From assembly GCA_050256555.1 (NCBI GenBank), contig JBBWWC010000142.1, positions 1 through 48,506 on the forward strand: a DNA stretch of 48,506 nucleotides, in the 5' to 3' direction. This document shows positions 36,902 through 46,539 of this stretch, in pieces. How positions within the stretch are numbered: the first letter of the stretch is position 1; every line of letters begins with the position of its first letter. Made by a program: the position numbers and the translations under genes. The notes beneath the pieces were generated by a model. That model ran no database searches, had not been told where the DNA came from, and saw nothing but the letters and a program-made list of their open reading frames with translations. The DNA comes from Planctomycetota bacterium (GTDB lineage Bacteria; Planctomycetota; UBA8108; UBA1146).

Positions 36902-37951
36902 ATGGAGATCGAATCTTCAAATCTTTCTGCGCTGGAATCCGACACCCCGGTAAAAGAAGTCGCAGAATCGCATCTACTCAACACCGAAGATGGCATACCC
37001 AATGTAGGGATTGTCTTCGAAAACGATGCTTGGCTTTCACCTCTCTTCAAGTCGATGGATGACGCAGGGATTCCTTACGAACCGATCGACGTACGTGCTC
37101 ACTCCTTCGATCTCCTCGAAGCAAGAAAGCACACCCTTTACCTTAACCGAGTCTCACCTTCCTCTTATCTTCGAGGAAATGTTGGGGCCATCTCTCATGC
37201 ACATGCACTCCTGGCTTCTCTTGAAATGACCGGTGCAAAAGTTGTCAACGGGTCACGATCGTTTCGACTTGAAACCAGTAAAGTAGCGCAACAACTATTG
37301 ATGAATCAGCTCGGAGTAGATGTTCCTCGTACCGAAGTCGTCAGCAGTTGCGATGCAATACGTTCCGTCATCGACAATCTGATCTTTCCGTTGATTCTGA
37401 AACCAGATACAGGCGGAAGTGGAGCTTTGATTCGAAGGATCGAGAACAAGCAACACTTGCTATCCTTGCTCGATGATGAAGAAGTCTTCGCACCGGGTCA
37501 CTTGATGCTTCTCCAGGAGATCGTGGTTCCAGCCGACGGCTCCATCGCGAGAGTCGAGTTCGTTGATGGCGAATGCCTTTTTGCCATGAAGGTGAAACCA
37601 AAAAACACCTTCAATCTGTGTCCCGCTGAAGGCTGCCCACGTAATCCCATCACCGAAGGAATCATCCCCGATGCCATTTTCGAGCCGTGGCCCGATGTTC
37701 CAGTAGATGCTGTAGCACAGGCCAGAGAGATCCTGCGAGCCGCCCAGTTAGATATCGGTGGTGTCGAATGGATGGACACAGCAGACGGGCGTCGTTGCTT
37801 CATCGACATCAACGCGACCAGCGTCTATCGTAAAGACATCCAGAAAGCATCTCAGGTTGACGGTTTCGTCAAAGTCTGTGGATATCTCGCCCGAGAGCTG
37901 GCCAAGGAAGACGCAAAAACTCCGAACAAGAGGTGGCGCAAGGAGGCCTGA
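36902..37951 (+). CDS. ATP-grasp family ligase (RimK/glutathione-synthetase-like)
   Basis: LNRVSPSSYLRG, FPLILKPDTGGSGALI, ARVEFVDGECLFAMK, GGVEWMDTADGRRCFIDINA. Confidence 0.65.
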   Translation: MEIESSNLSALESDTPVKEVAESHLLNTEDGIPNVGIVFENDAWLSPLFKSMDDAGIPYEPIDVRAHSFDLLEARKHTLYLNRVSPSSYLRGNVGAISHAHALLASLEMTGAKVVNGSRSFRLETSKVAQQLLMNQLGVDVPRTEVVSSCDAIRSVIDNLIFPLILKPDTGGSGALIRRIENKQHLLSLLDDEEVFAPGHLMLLQEIVVPADGSIARVEFVDGECLFAMKVKPKNTFNLCPAEGCPRNPITEGIIPDAIFEPWPDVPVDAVAQAREILRAAQLDIGGVEWMDTADGRRCFIDINATSVYRKDIQKASQVDGFVKVCGYLARELAKEDAKTPNKRWRKEA

Positions 37952-39129
37952 TGGAACACCGCGATTTCATCATCGTCGGCGGCGGCATCATGGGAGCCAT
38001 GATGGCTCTCCGACTCGCTGAATCAGGATCAGGAAGTGTCCTTCTCATCGAGAAGTCATTTCCGGGCGCAGGGTCAACCGGGAAATCTGGAGCGATTCTA
38101 CGACAGCATTACTCCCACAAAGTCACCATCGGCATGGCAAGAGAAAGCCTTCAATGGTATTCATCATTCAAAGAAAACTACGGTCAAGAGATCTCTTTCC
38201 ATCGTCCGGGCATGGCTTTCATATGCAAAGAAGCTGATCGAGATAATCTCGAAAGAAATGTTCAGTTACAAAGATCTCTGGGAGTCGATACATCGGTCAT
38301 CGATGCCACCGCTTTGAGAGAGCTCGAACCTGGCGGTTCTTTTCAAGATGACGAGTGCGCCGCCTGGGAACCAGAAGCAGGAAACGTCAACCCCGTCCAG
38401 ACCGTTCACGCAGTCCTCAACAGTGCCACTCGTGCCGGGGCAGAAGCCCGCATAGGTATCCGGGTCACCGGCTTCCTTCGTAACGGCGACAAGATTCATG
38501 GTGTAAAGCTCGATGATGGGAGTTCGATTGGCGCGGGGAAAGTGATCGTTGCCGCCGGACCATGGGCGGGCCAGTTACTAAAAGATGCAGGTGTGCCACT
38601 TCCATTGACGACGATTCGCCCCGAGCAGGCCTTCTTTGAGCCCCCCTCCGGAGCTCGAGAAAAGAAACTGATCTACGGTGACCTGACTCATGGACTCTAC
38701 TGGAAACCAGAGCTCGCCGGCTGGACTCGTGTTGGATTCCTCGACATGAACGAGGATGCCGTAGTCGAAAATCCAGACCAGTATGACGAGGGTGTCAGTG
38801 GCCAGTTCATCGCTGCCTGCCGGGACCGACTCTCCCAGAGACTTCCGCATTACTCTCTTTCACCTTCCTGGGGTGGAGTGGGAGCCCTCTATACGGTAAC
38901 CCCTGACTCACACCCTCTCATCGGACCGGTTCCTGGCCTCGATGGAATTTGGGTCGTCAGTGGATTCAGTGGCCACGGCTTCAAGATGGCCCCAGCCGTC
39001 GGAAAAGGCGTTGCAGCTGCGATTGGTAGTGAACAGCCAGGGAAGTGCGATGTCAGTTTCTTTGCACCCGATCGATTCACCCGTAATGCGCCGATAGAAG
39101 TCCGCTACGGCTACGGAATCCTGGGCTGA
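37951..39129 (+). CDS. FAD-dependent oxidoreductase (DAO / sarcosine-oxidase-beta-like)
   Basis: DFIIVGGGIMGAMMALRLAE dinucleotide motif, C-terminal GFSGHGFKMAP. ATG 37951 overlaps the upstream stop as TGATG, with AGGAGG 4 nt upstream. Confidence 0.8.
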   Translation: MEHRDFIIVGGGIMGAMMALRLAESGSGSVLLIEKSFPGAGSTGKSGAILRQHYSHKVTIGMARESLQWYSSFKENYGQEISFHRPGMAFICKEADRDNLERNVQLQRSLGVDTSVIDATALRELEPGGSFQDDECAAWEPEAGNVNPVQTVHAVLNSATRAGAEARIGIRVTGFLRNGDKIHGVKLDDGSSIGAGKVIVAAGPWAGQLLKDAGVPLPLTTIRPEQAFFEPPSGAREKKLIYGDLTHGLYWKPELAGWTRVGFLDMNEDAVVENPDQYDEGVSGQFIAACRDRLSQRLPHYSLSPSWGGVGALYTVTPDSHPLIGPVPGLDGIWVVSGFSGHGFKMAPAVGKGVAAAIGSEQPGKCDVSFFAPDRFTRNAPIEVRYGYGILG

Positions 39130-39160
39130 CCGCACCACATGCCGGGGGTATCCTTCGGAC

Positions 39161-40612
39161 ATGAAAAAAATCATTTCAATCCTCCCCCTCATTGTCCTGC
39201 TCGCGGCTCCAGAACTGATGGCCGAGCAGACCACCGCAAATAATAACCCGCCCAACATCGTCATCGTCTTCACCGATGACCAGGGCTGGGGTGATCTCTC
39301 CTGTTATGGATCGAAAGAGATTCCAACACCCAATATCGACCGTCTTGCTGCCGAAGGAATGCGCTTCACCGACTTCTACGTCAGCCAACCAGTTTGTTCT
39401 GCATCACGCTCTTCCTTGTTATCGGGGTGCTATGCCAACAGAGTCGGTATCAGCGGCGCACTGGTTCCTTCTTCAAAGATCGGACTCCATCCACAAGAAT
39501 TGACCATTGCTGAGGTCGTCAAACCGCTCGGCTATGCCACAGCCTGTTATGGAAAATGGCATCTGGGTCATCATCCGCAGTTCCTCCCCACCGCCCAGGG
39601 CTTCGATGAGTACTGCGGAATCCCTTACAGCAATGACATGTGGCCGGGCCACCCTGAATCACCCAAGGCCTGGCCTCCTCTTCCCTGGTACGAACAAGAC
39701 CAGGTCGATCACATCATCGAAACCCTCGATGATCAGGAAACCATCACCACGGAATTGACGCGTCGTGCGGTTCAGTTCATCGATAAAAATGCTGCTGGCC
39801 CTTTCCTGCTCTATCTGCCCCATTCGATGCCACACGTACCACTGGGTGTCTCCCCTCGATTTCGCCAAACCACACAATTTGGTGCCTACGGGGATGTGAT
39901 CCGAGAGATCGATGATTCCGTCGGCCAGATTCGAACAGCACTGGAAAAGCACGGAATTCTCGACAACACACTGTTCATCTTCGCCTCCGATAACGGCCCC
40001 TGGCTTTCATACGGCGATCACGCTGGAACCACAGGAGGCCTAAGAGAGGGAAAAGGAACCACATGGGAAGGAGGCGTAAGGGTACCATGTGTTGTCCGAT
40101 ATCCGGCCCTGGTTCCGGCAGGAAGCACCTGTTCAACCCCCTGTATGACCATCGATATTCTCCCCACCATCGTCGAGTTGACTGGCGGCAAGGCACCCGA
40201 AAGAGAAATTGATGGAGTCAGTATCGTTGCTCAACTGCGCGGCGATGTTGATGCCCCTCCACCACATGAAGAGTTGTTCTTCTGGTACCACCGAGGAAAC
40301 CTGGAATCGATGAGGATGGGTCGCTGGAAACTTCACTTCCCCCACAAGTACCGCAGCCTCGAGGGACGCCCGGGAGGCAACAACGGAATTCCGGCCAAAT
40401 ACAACTACAACATCAAAACCGATCTGGCTCTTTTCGATCTGGAAGCAGATCCTTTCGAAAAGATCGACGTGAAATCGAATCATCCAGGGGTAGTAGTCGA
40501 AATGTCGGCACGGGCAGATGCAATGCGTGCAAAACTGGGCGATCGACTCGCCGGAATCCAGGGGACTGATGTTCGCGAGCCTGGACGCCTACCTGCACAG
40601 GAGAAAAAATGA
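39161..40612 (+). CDS. Cys-type (formylglycine) sulfatase, secreted
   Basis: NIVIVFTDDQGWGD, sulfatase signature PVCSASRSSLLSG, GKWHLG, signal peptide MKKIISILPLIVLLAAPELMA. Confidence 0.85.
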   Translation: MKKIISILPLIVLLAAPELMAEQTTANNNPPNIVIVFTDDQGWGDLSCYGSKEIPTPNIDRLAAEGMRFTDFYVSQPVCSASRSSLLSGCYANRVGISGALVPSSKIGLHPQELTIAEVVKPLGYATACYGKWHLGHHPQFLPTAQGFDEYCGIPYSNDMWPGHPESPKAWPPLPWYEQDQVDHIIETLDDQETITTELTRRAVQFIDKNAAGPFLLYLPHSMPHVPLGVSPRFRQTTQFGAYGDVIREIDDSVGQIRTALEKHGILDNTLFIFASDNGPWLSYGDHAGTTGGLREGKGTTWEGGVRVPCVVRYPALVPAGSTCSTPCMTIDILPTIVELTGGKAPEREIDGVSIVAQLRGDVDAPPPHEELFFWYHRGNLESMRMGRWKLHFPHKYRSLEGRPGGNNGIPAKYNYNIKTDLALFDLEADPFEKIDVKSNHPGVVVEMSARADAMRAKLGDRLAGIQGTDVREPGRLPAQEKK

Positions 40613-41949
40613 GGTGGCAGCTGCTTGCGCTATTTCTTGTTCCTTTGCTCATGACTTCCTGTGTGCCGCAGATTAGAGAACAAAGTAGACCTCCCAACAT
40701 CATTTACATCATGGCCGATGATCTCGGCTGGGGAGACCTGGGGTGCTACGGCCAGCAGGCACTCAAGACGCCAAGAATCGATCAGCTGGCCACCGAAGGA
40801 ATGCGATTCACGGACCACTATTCGGGCCATACAGTCTGCCGTCCGAGTCGACTGGTTCTGTGGACAGGAATGCATTCCGGCCACACGGCACTGCAATCAA
40901 ATGCTTATTATCACTTCGATGGAGGCGAGAGAACTATCGTCGAAATCCTCCAGGAGGAGGGCTATGCCACCGCCGGCTGTGGCAAGTGGGCGATGGGAAG
41001 GCAGAACTCACCGGGGCACCCGAACAAGAAGGGCTTCGATGATTGGTTCGGCTATCTCGATCAGGGAGATGCCCACAACTACTATCCAACCCATCTCTGG
41101 CACAACGATCAAAAAGTACCACTTGCCGGCAATGAAACCGCCGGGAAGAAGGGGCGAGAAGCTTTTTATTCGATCAAAAAGGAGACTTATTCCCACCAGG
41201 TCATCACCGATTGGATGTTCGACTGGATCCGTCAACATGCCGACGCTCCGTTCCTGATGCATGCCCACCTGACCATCCCGCATGCCAATAACGAACTGGG
41301 CTGGGCTCTCGGTGATGGCATGGAGATACCTGGGCGTGATCGATTCGAGGATCAAGACTGGCCTGGCCCGGAGAAGGGGTTTGCGGCGATGATCGCTCGT
41401 CTCGACAGCGATGTTGGGCGACTGACAGATCTCCTCGAAGAACTGGGTCTCACCGAAAACACACTGGTGATCTTCACTTCGGATAATGGCCCACATTCAG
41501 AAGGCGGCCATGATCACAGATTCTTTGCTTCCAATGGCCCCTTCCGTGGTTACAAGCGCGACCTACTTGAGGGCGGCATTCGTGTTCCCTTCATCGCAAG
41601 ATGGCCGAGCAAGATCAAAGCAGGCTCTACCACTTCACTCATCAGTGGATTTCAAGATTTCATGCCCACCGCATGCGAGATCGCAGGGGTCGATAGCCCT
41701 GCAGGTATCGATGGACTGAGTTACTTACCGACACTTCTGGGGAAAACCAGTGACCAAGAGATTCACGATTCTCTTTACTGGCAGTTCAAGAAGCAGCAAG
41801 CATTACGGAGCGGCCACTGGAAAATTCACCGGGAGAATCCAGAATCCTCGCCGGTTCTCTATAACCTCAAAACAGATCCCGAAGAAAAGAACGATGTCTC
41901 ACTCTTACATCCAGAAATCGTCTCTCAACTTCTCGAGAAGCTAAACTGA
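40609..41949 (+). CDS. Cys-type (formylglycine) sulfatase, lipoprotein-like signal
   Basis: NIIYIMADDLGWGD, signature TVCRPSRLVLWTG, GKWAMG, N-terminus LFLVPLLMTSC. ATGA overlap with the first sulfatase gene. Confidence 0.85.
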   Translation: MRWQLLALFLVPLLMTSCVPQIREQSRPPNIIYIMADDLGWGDLGCYGQQALKTPRIDQLATEGMRFTDHYSGHTVCRPSRLVLWTGMHSGHTALQSNAYYHFDGGERTIVEILQEEGYATAGCGKWAMGRQNSPGHPNKKGFDDWFGYLDQGDAHNYYPTHLWHNDQKVPLAGNETAGKKGREAFYSIKKETYSHQVITDWMFDWIRQHADAPFLMHAHLTIPHANNELGWALGDGMEIPGRDRFEDQDWPGPEKGFAAMIARLDSDVGRLTDLLEELGLTENTLVIFTSDNGPHSEGGHDHRFFASNGPFRGYKRDLLEGGIRVPFIARWPSKIKAGSTTSLISGFQDFMPTACEIAGVDSPAGIDGLSYLPTLLGKTSDQEIHDSLYWQFKKQQALRSGHWKIHRENPESSPVLYNLKTDPEEKNDVSLLHPEIVSQLLEKLN

Positions 41950-41969
41950 ATACTGATTCCTTTTGATAC

Positions 41970-42012
41970 AAAAAAAGCCGCGGTGAGGGGATTCCCCCAC
42001 CGCGGCTTTTTT
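41970..42012. terminator. Bidirectional rho-independent terminator between convergent genes
   Basis: A7 (41970-41976), then stem GCCGCGGT(GA)GGGG, loop ATTC, CCCCACCGCGGC (12 bp with a 2-nt bulge), then T6 (42007-42012). The A-run and T-run allow function on both strands. Confidence 0.8.
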
Positions 42013-42028
42013 AAAAACTACCGATCTC

Positions 42029-43186
42029 CTAGAAGGAGGCCGGACGCGGAAGTGCGTTGTTCGTGGCCGGTACACGCTTCAGTACGAAACGCTGCTCGAA
42101 ATCGAGGACATTGCTCTCAGTAGTGATGTCCTCGCCTTCCCACCAAGCCCACTCGAAATCGATCTTGATCGTCTTCGAATCGACTAACAGGACCTTGTTG
42201 ATGGTGCTGACATTGGCTCCATTACCGAACTCGGAATCGACGACTCTGAGCTGGCAAGGAGTGCCATTTCTCTCCGTAGCGGGGGAAATGAAACCATTGC
42301 AAACCAGGCCGTTGGAACCGATCTCGGTGAAGGCGATCCGACAATTGTCATAATCGTAGTAGAAGGTCTGAATCGTGCTCTCGGCGATGAAATCGTTCTT
42401 GTACTTCTTCGCCTCGACGATCAAACAGGTCTCATTGGCAGCCCAGTAACCACTCTGCTCAACACGAAGGCGGTCGCCAGTCTCGGAGAAACTCTCTGAC
42501 TGCCACTCACTCGCCAGAGCAACGAAAGGTCCCAGTGCAATCTTGAGGGGGTTGGCCTTGACGCCAGTGACATTCCACAGCTGAGCCAATGGCTTTCCGC
42601 TGGCGGAAAGTTCATTAACGACAACGTTGAAGTTACCATTTTTTACGGTGCGCTCGATGTACACGTTTGCAGAGGTGATGCCATCCTGCATCCGTTGCCC
42701 GATCCAGCAGCAAACGTTTTCTTTGATCTCTTTGAGATACTCGTCAATGATGGCGACAACATTGCCGGCCACAAATCTTCCATGAGATTCGAGGCGGTTC
42801 GCCGATTCGTTCCAGTTGATAAAGTAGGTCCCATTGCTAACGACAACACCGTTGAGATTGACCGTCTCAGCAGAGCCGAAGAGCCCACCTGTGGTGAAAT
42901 CTCGAGTGTAAAGAACCGTCGCCTTGACCGGTGTTCCAGCCGGATACCCGCCCAGTTCTTCACTGAGGGCGTATTCGAAGTTCCATGTCCCCACCAGGTT
43001 GTTCATCACCTGATTGGCCACGTTCTTCGTGATCACGTCCTGATCAAAAACCGTGTTGTAGGCGGCTTCCAGTTCGGCAGCCGTTTTCGACTGCGTGACA
43101 ATACTTCCCGGTTGGGCTGTGACGAGTCCACAGACCAATACAAGACCAAGAATGGCCGTCAAAACTTTGATCCTGGAAATGGTCAT
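42029..43186 (-). CDS. Secreted hypothetical protein (385 aa), apparently two related beta-rich halves
   Basis: Signal peptide MTISRIKVLTAILGLVLVCGLVTAQP. No motif I can assign. Ends at the strong terminator. Confidence 0.65.
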   Translation of the reverse strand: MTISRIKVLTAILGLVLVCGLVTAQPGSIVTQSKTAAELEAAYNTVFDQDVITKNVANQVMNNLVGTWNFEYALSEELGGYPAGTPVKATVLYTRDFTTGGLFGSAETVNLNGVVVSNGTYFINWNESANRLESHGRFVAGNVVAIIDEYLKEIKENVCCWIGQRMQDGITSANVYIERTVKNGNFNVVVNELSASGKPLAQLWNVTGVKANPLKIALGPFVALASEWQSESFSETGDRLRVEQSGYWAANETCLIVEAKKYKNDFIAESTIQTFYYDYDNCRIAFTEIGSNGLVCNGFISPATERNGTPCQLRVVDSEFGNGANVSTINKVLLVDSKTIKIDFEWAWWEGEDITTESNVLDFEQRFVLKRVPATNNALPRPASF

Positions 43187-43326
43187 TCCATTCCCTTTCT
43201 GTTGAGTTCCCCACCCGGTTCCGTAGGCACCAAGCCACCATTCCCAGGTATTCCGTGGGCAAGGTACTCAATCTTGTGTAAAGAATTCAAGGATGTCCTG
43301 ATTTAGATCTAAAAATATCCCGCAGG

Positions 43327-44190
43327 TCAGGAACGATCTTGATTAACAATATCAAGGCAAGAAGCGCCAAATAGAGCACGTGCGGGTGGATATTGCTTCA
43401 AAAACAGCGACGGTTCGATCAGCTCCAGCTCTGCCACCATCGAATTTCCGTCTACATCTCGTACAGTGTCTACTCGCCCATAGAGAATCGGACCCGGACT
43501 ACATCGAAGCGCCTGTTCCCCGACAACAATATCCTCGGCGAGTACTTCAACGGCCTCTCCCACCTGCTCCTCATCCCCGGTGAACCGTGGCACTTTGGTA
43601 ACACTATGACTCCAGCGACCCGCCAGATATACGTTGGCTCGCTCGCCACCCTGCTCGACCGAGGAGATGTAGGGTTGGACCAACAGATCCCGGTCGCCAC
43701 CATTTTTGCGAACAAAATCGATGGCCGCTGACTGAGTCAACGCATCGAATCGAGCGGTCAGCCAGCTTCCTGCGGAGACTGCAGGTTTGATGACGTAATC
43801 CTCCCACCCCTCCTCGGCCAACGTCGCCAGCAGCTTTTCAGATCCAGAGTTCGCTTTCAGTAATCGAGTCGGAACTACCGGCACGCCAGCTCTTGCCAGA
43901 TCTAGCAGATATCCCTTGTGAAGATTCCAGGAAACTACCTCCACCGGGTTAAAAACCTCTGTTTTCTCCTGGGCCAGTAGTAACCAGCTACGAAACTCGG
44001 CTTCACGCCATGGATAATCCCAGCATGATCGTAAGATGATGGCATCAAACGATTCAAGATTTACCGACGGATCATCCCAGGGAATCAGTTCTGCTTCGCC
44101 ACCGGCATCTCGAACCGACTGCAACTGAATCTCTTCATCGGGATCCGGCTCCGGTATCTCCAAGCAGGTGACCAGTCCTATCCGCTTCAA
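43327..44190 (-). CDS. ATP-grasp family protein (putative amino-acid ligase)
   Basis: MKRIGLVTCLEIPEPDPDE, ILRSCWDYPW, FNPVEVVSWNLHKGYLLDL, DYVIKPAVSAGS, LLVQPYISSV, ELELIEPSLF. ATGA overlap with the upstream PLP gene. Confidence 0.6.
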   Translation of the reverse strand: MKRIGLVTCLEIPEPDPDEEIQLQSVRDAGGEAELIPWDDPSVNLESFDAIILRSCWDYPWREAEFRSWLLLAQEKTEVFNPVEVVSWNLHKGYLLDLARAGVPVVPTRLLKANSGSEKLLATLAEEGWEDYVIKPAVSAGSWLTARFDALTQSAAIDFVRKNGGDRDLLVQPYISSVEQGGERANVYLAGRWSHSVTKVPRFTGDEEQVGEAVEVLAEDIVVGEQALRCSPGPILYGRVDTVRDVDGNSMVAELELIEPSLFLKQYPPARALFGASCLDIVNQDRS

Positions 44191-45338
44191 CTTCGACCAC
44201 CCATCACCTGAGCCAGATCGGCGACCAGATCAGATGCGTCTTCAACACCACAGGCGATACGCACCAGTGAGTCGGGGACTCCCATCTGGACTCTCACTTC
44301 AGGATCAACCGCAGCATGCGATGAACTGGCCGGACGGATGATGAGAGTTTCGACTCCTCCGAGGCTGGGAGCGGTTGCCATCAACTGCATCGAAGTTGCA
44401 ATCCGCTCGGCTTCCTCGACACCATCAGCAACATCAAACGAAAGAACTCCACCACCTCTCCCACCAAACAGTTCCTGACAACGTGAATGATCAGGGTGAC
44501 TCTCCAGTCCCGGGTAGTGAGTGACAGAGACGGCAGGATGCCCTTCAAGGAAACGGGCCACATGAAGCGCATTTTGACATTGCCGATCAACCCTTAGTTG
44601 CAAGGTGCGAATCCCCCGATGCAGAAGAAAACAAGCATGGGCATCCAGATGACCGCCCAGATGGTCCAGGCAGTGCTTGACCTTGCTAATCAAATCTTTC
44701 CGGCCAGCAATGACTCCCGCTGCGATGTCGCCATGACCATTGAGAGCCTTGGTGGCGGAATGAACTTCCAGATCGAATCCGTATTCAGATGGACGGAACA
44801 AAACCGGAGTGGCAAAAGTAGCATCGATGACGGAGATCAGGCCATGCTGACGAGCCCAGTCAGTTATGGCCCGAAGATCACCGATACGACAAGTCGGATT
44901 GGTGATCGCCTCGCAGTACAGCACACGAGATCCTTCCGGTGGAGTTCCCCAGCTCTCAGGATCACAAGCATCAATACGATGGACGCCGATCCCCCAGCGC
45001 TGAACTTCACCGGAGAGAAAACTCTCACTACCGCCATAAAGAAGATCCTGCGCCACCACCGTGTCGCCGCTTCCGAGCAGGGCCAACAAGGTGGAGGTGA
45101 TCGCCGCCATGCCACTCGATGCAACTAATGCAGCTTCGGTATCACAAACCAACGACAGTTTCTCGTGCAGATGATCATGAGAAGGAGTATTGGACAAACG
45201 GATGTAACGACCATCGTGATAACCGCTACCAGGAATCTGTTCGAAGGTCGCACTCTGAAAAATTGGCGGAACCACTGCCCCACCGATTCGGGGCTTGGGC
45301 TCACCGCCATGTACCAGTTTTGATTGCAGGCCATCCAT
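44187..45338 (-). CDS. Cys/Met-metabolism PLP-dependent enzyme (cystathionine gamma-synthase / gamma-lyase / beta-lyase family)
   Basis: SSGMAAITSTL, EAITNPTCRIGDL, VIDATFATP, PLP-lysine context HSATKALNGHGD. ATG 45338 has AGGAGGTG upstream. The track start 45362 is an extension. Confidence 0.85.
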   Translation of the reverse strand: MDGLQSKLVHGGEPKPRIGGAVVPPIFQSATFEQIPGSGYHDGRYIRLSNTPSHDHLHEKLSLVCDTEAALVASSGMAAITSTLLALLGSGDTVVAQDLLYGGSESFLSGEVQRWGIGVHRIDACDPESWGTPPEGSRVLYCEAITNPTCRIGDLRAITDWARQHGLISVIDATFATPVLFRPSEYGFDLEVHSATKALNGHGDIAAGVIAGRKDLISKVKHCLDHLGGHLDAHACFLLHRGIRTLQLRVDRQCQNALHVARFLEGHPAVSVTHYPGLESHPDHSRCQELFGGRGGGVLSFDVADGVEEAERIATSMQLMATAPSLGGVETLIIRPASSSHAAVDPEVRVQMGVPDSLVRIACGVEDASDLVADLAQVMGGRS

Positions 45339-45386
45339 GAAACACCTCCTAGAGAGGAACATCTTGCTCCTCCAGAAGCTCTTTAT

Positions 45387-46358
45387 CTACCCGCCTTTGG
45401 TGTCTCTCTCAACATCTCCGTCATCGTTGACCGTCAGGAAGGGAAGCGATTCGAGCGATCGCGCCTGTTGTTCAGGGGAGTGCCGAAAACTTCTCACCCG
45501 GTGGGGACGCCAGACTCGCTGCGGATCCAGCGCTGGAAGTGACGAGCAGGATAAATCTCCTCGCAGGAAGAAAGCGTTGGTTCCCGTTGATTCGAGGGCC
45601 ACCAGCCGATAGCCCTTACTCCGCCCCAGTGCCTCCATTGCCCGAAGGCTCGCTCCATGATGCCAGCCGCGAACATGATGACGGTAACCATCATGGTGGG
45701 GATCTCCCGGAGACCAGGGAACGGTCCGTGAAACAGCGGGACCATAAGACGCATTCACTTCAATGACGACGATTCGAGGCTGCAAAATGGTGAGATTTTT
45801 CCAGATCCAGAAATCGATGCCATCGACGTCGATCGAAAGGACATCGAGTTCTCCAGCATTCGCCTCACTCGCCAGAAGTTGGTCGATATTCTCCGGACGG
45901 ACCTCCTGCTGTACCAAGCGAACGCGATTCCCGGCCCCCTTCGCCTGAAAGAACTCCAGTGCCTCGGCCAACTCGCCAGCATCGCTATCAAAAAGCAGCG
46001 CCTGCCAGCCAAAAACACAGCTCAAAAGCGCCGAGTTACACTCTCGACCCGGACCACAACCGATCTCGACCATCCGACGCTGGGCCACACCCACCTGGGA
46101 AAGAATATGGAGAAGTAGTCCGTCTTCGCCGTTTTGAGAGTATCCACGGGCCTCATGAAGATTGCCGGACTCGACCTGCTGCGCCTGGTACTCCTCGGTC
46201 GCCACTTCCACATGACGTCGAAACAGCAACCGTTCGACATCCTGCTGAAGAAGGTCAGATCGCCGCCGAAGAGACCGAAGATCGGGATGCCCGATCCACC
46301 GCCGTGGAACTCGTGCCACCTTTGCGAGCCAATCTCGGACTTTCCGCCAGCCTCGCAT
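45387..46358 (-). CDS. FkbM-like / class I SAM-dependent methyltransferase-like protein
   Basis: YSQNGEDGLLLHIL, MVEIGCGPGRECNS, LSIDVDGIDFWIWKNL. AGAGGAGA SD before ATG 46358. Confidence 0.55.
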   Translation of the reverse strand: MRGWRKVRDWLAKVARVPRRWIGHPDLRSLRRRSDLLQQDVERLLFRRHVEVATEEYQAQQVESGNLHEARGYSQNGEDGLLLHILSQVGVAQRRMVEIGCGPGRECNSALLSCVFGWQALLFDSDAGELAEALEFFQAKGAGNRVRLVQQEVRPENIDQLLASEANAGELDVLSIDVDGIDFWIWKNLTILQPRIVVIEVNASYGPAVSRTVPWSPGDPHHDGYRHHVRGWHHGASLRAMEALGRSKGYRLVALESTGTNAFFLRGDLSCSSLPALDPQRVWRPHRVRSFRHSPEQQARSLESLPFLTVNDDGDVERDTKGG

Positions 46359-46539
46359 TGCGATCTCCTCTGCCGCCTCACTAGCGACTTGGTCGTCTCT
46401 GAAGGCCCATCACGGTAGCCCGCCTTCTGTCAGCCATCCAGACCATCCCCTCACATGATACCAGGATCTGGGCTGTCTCTCTTGACTTGCCCAGAAGGGA
46501 ACCGGATCCTCGGTACCTGCACATGAAAGACGAGGACCG

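Noticed and set aside
36801-36960. About 50-codon GTG-initiated ORF overlapping the start of the ATP-grasp gene, a possible precursor peptide for an ATP-grasp (graspetide-like) system
   Set aside because: It has no SD, overlaps the ligase gene out of frame, and shows no Thr/Ser-Asp/Glu core pattern or leader features.
46359-46539. Leader or riboswitch (T-box-like) upstream of valS and a sigma70-type promoter (TTGACT at about 46480)
   Set aside because: I found no specifier or terminator-antiterminator structure, and the candidate -10 is poor. Promoter consensus for this lineage is uncertain.
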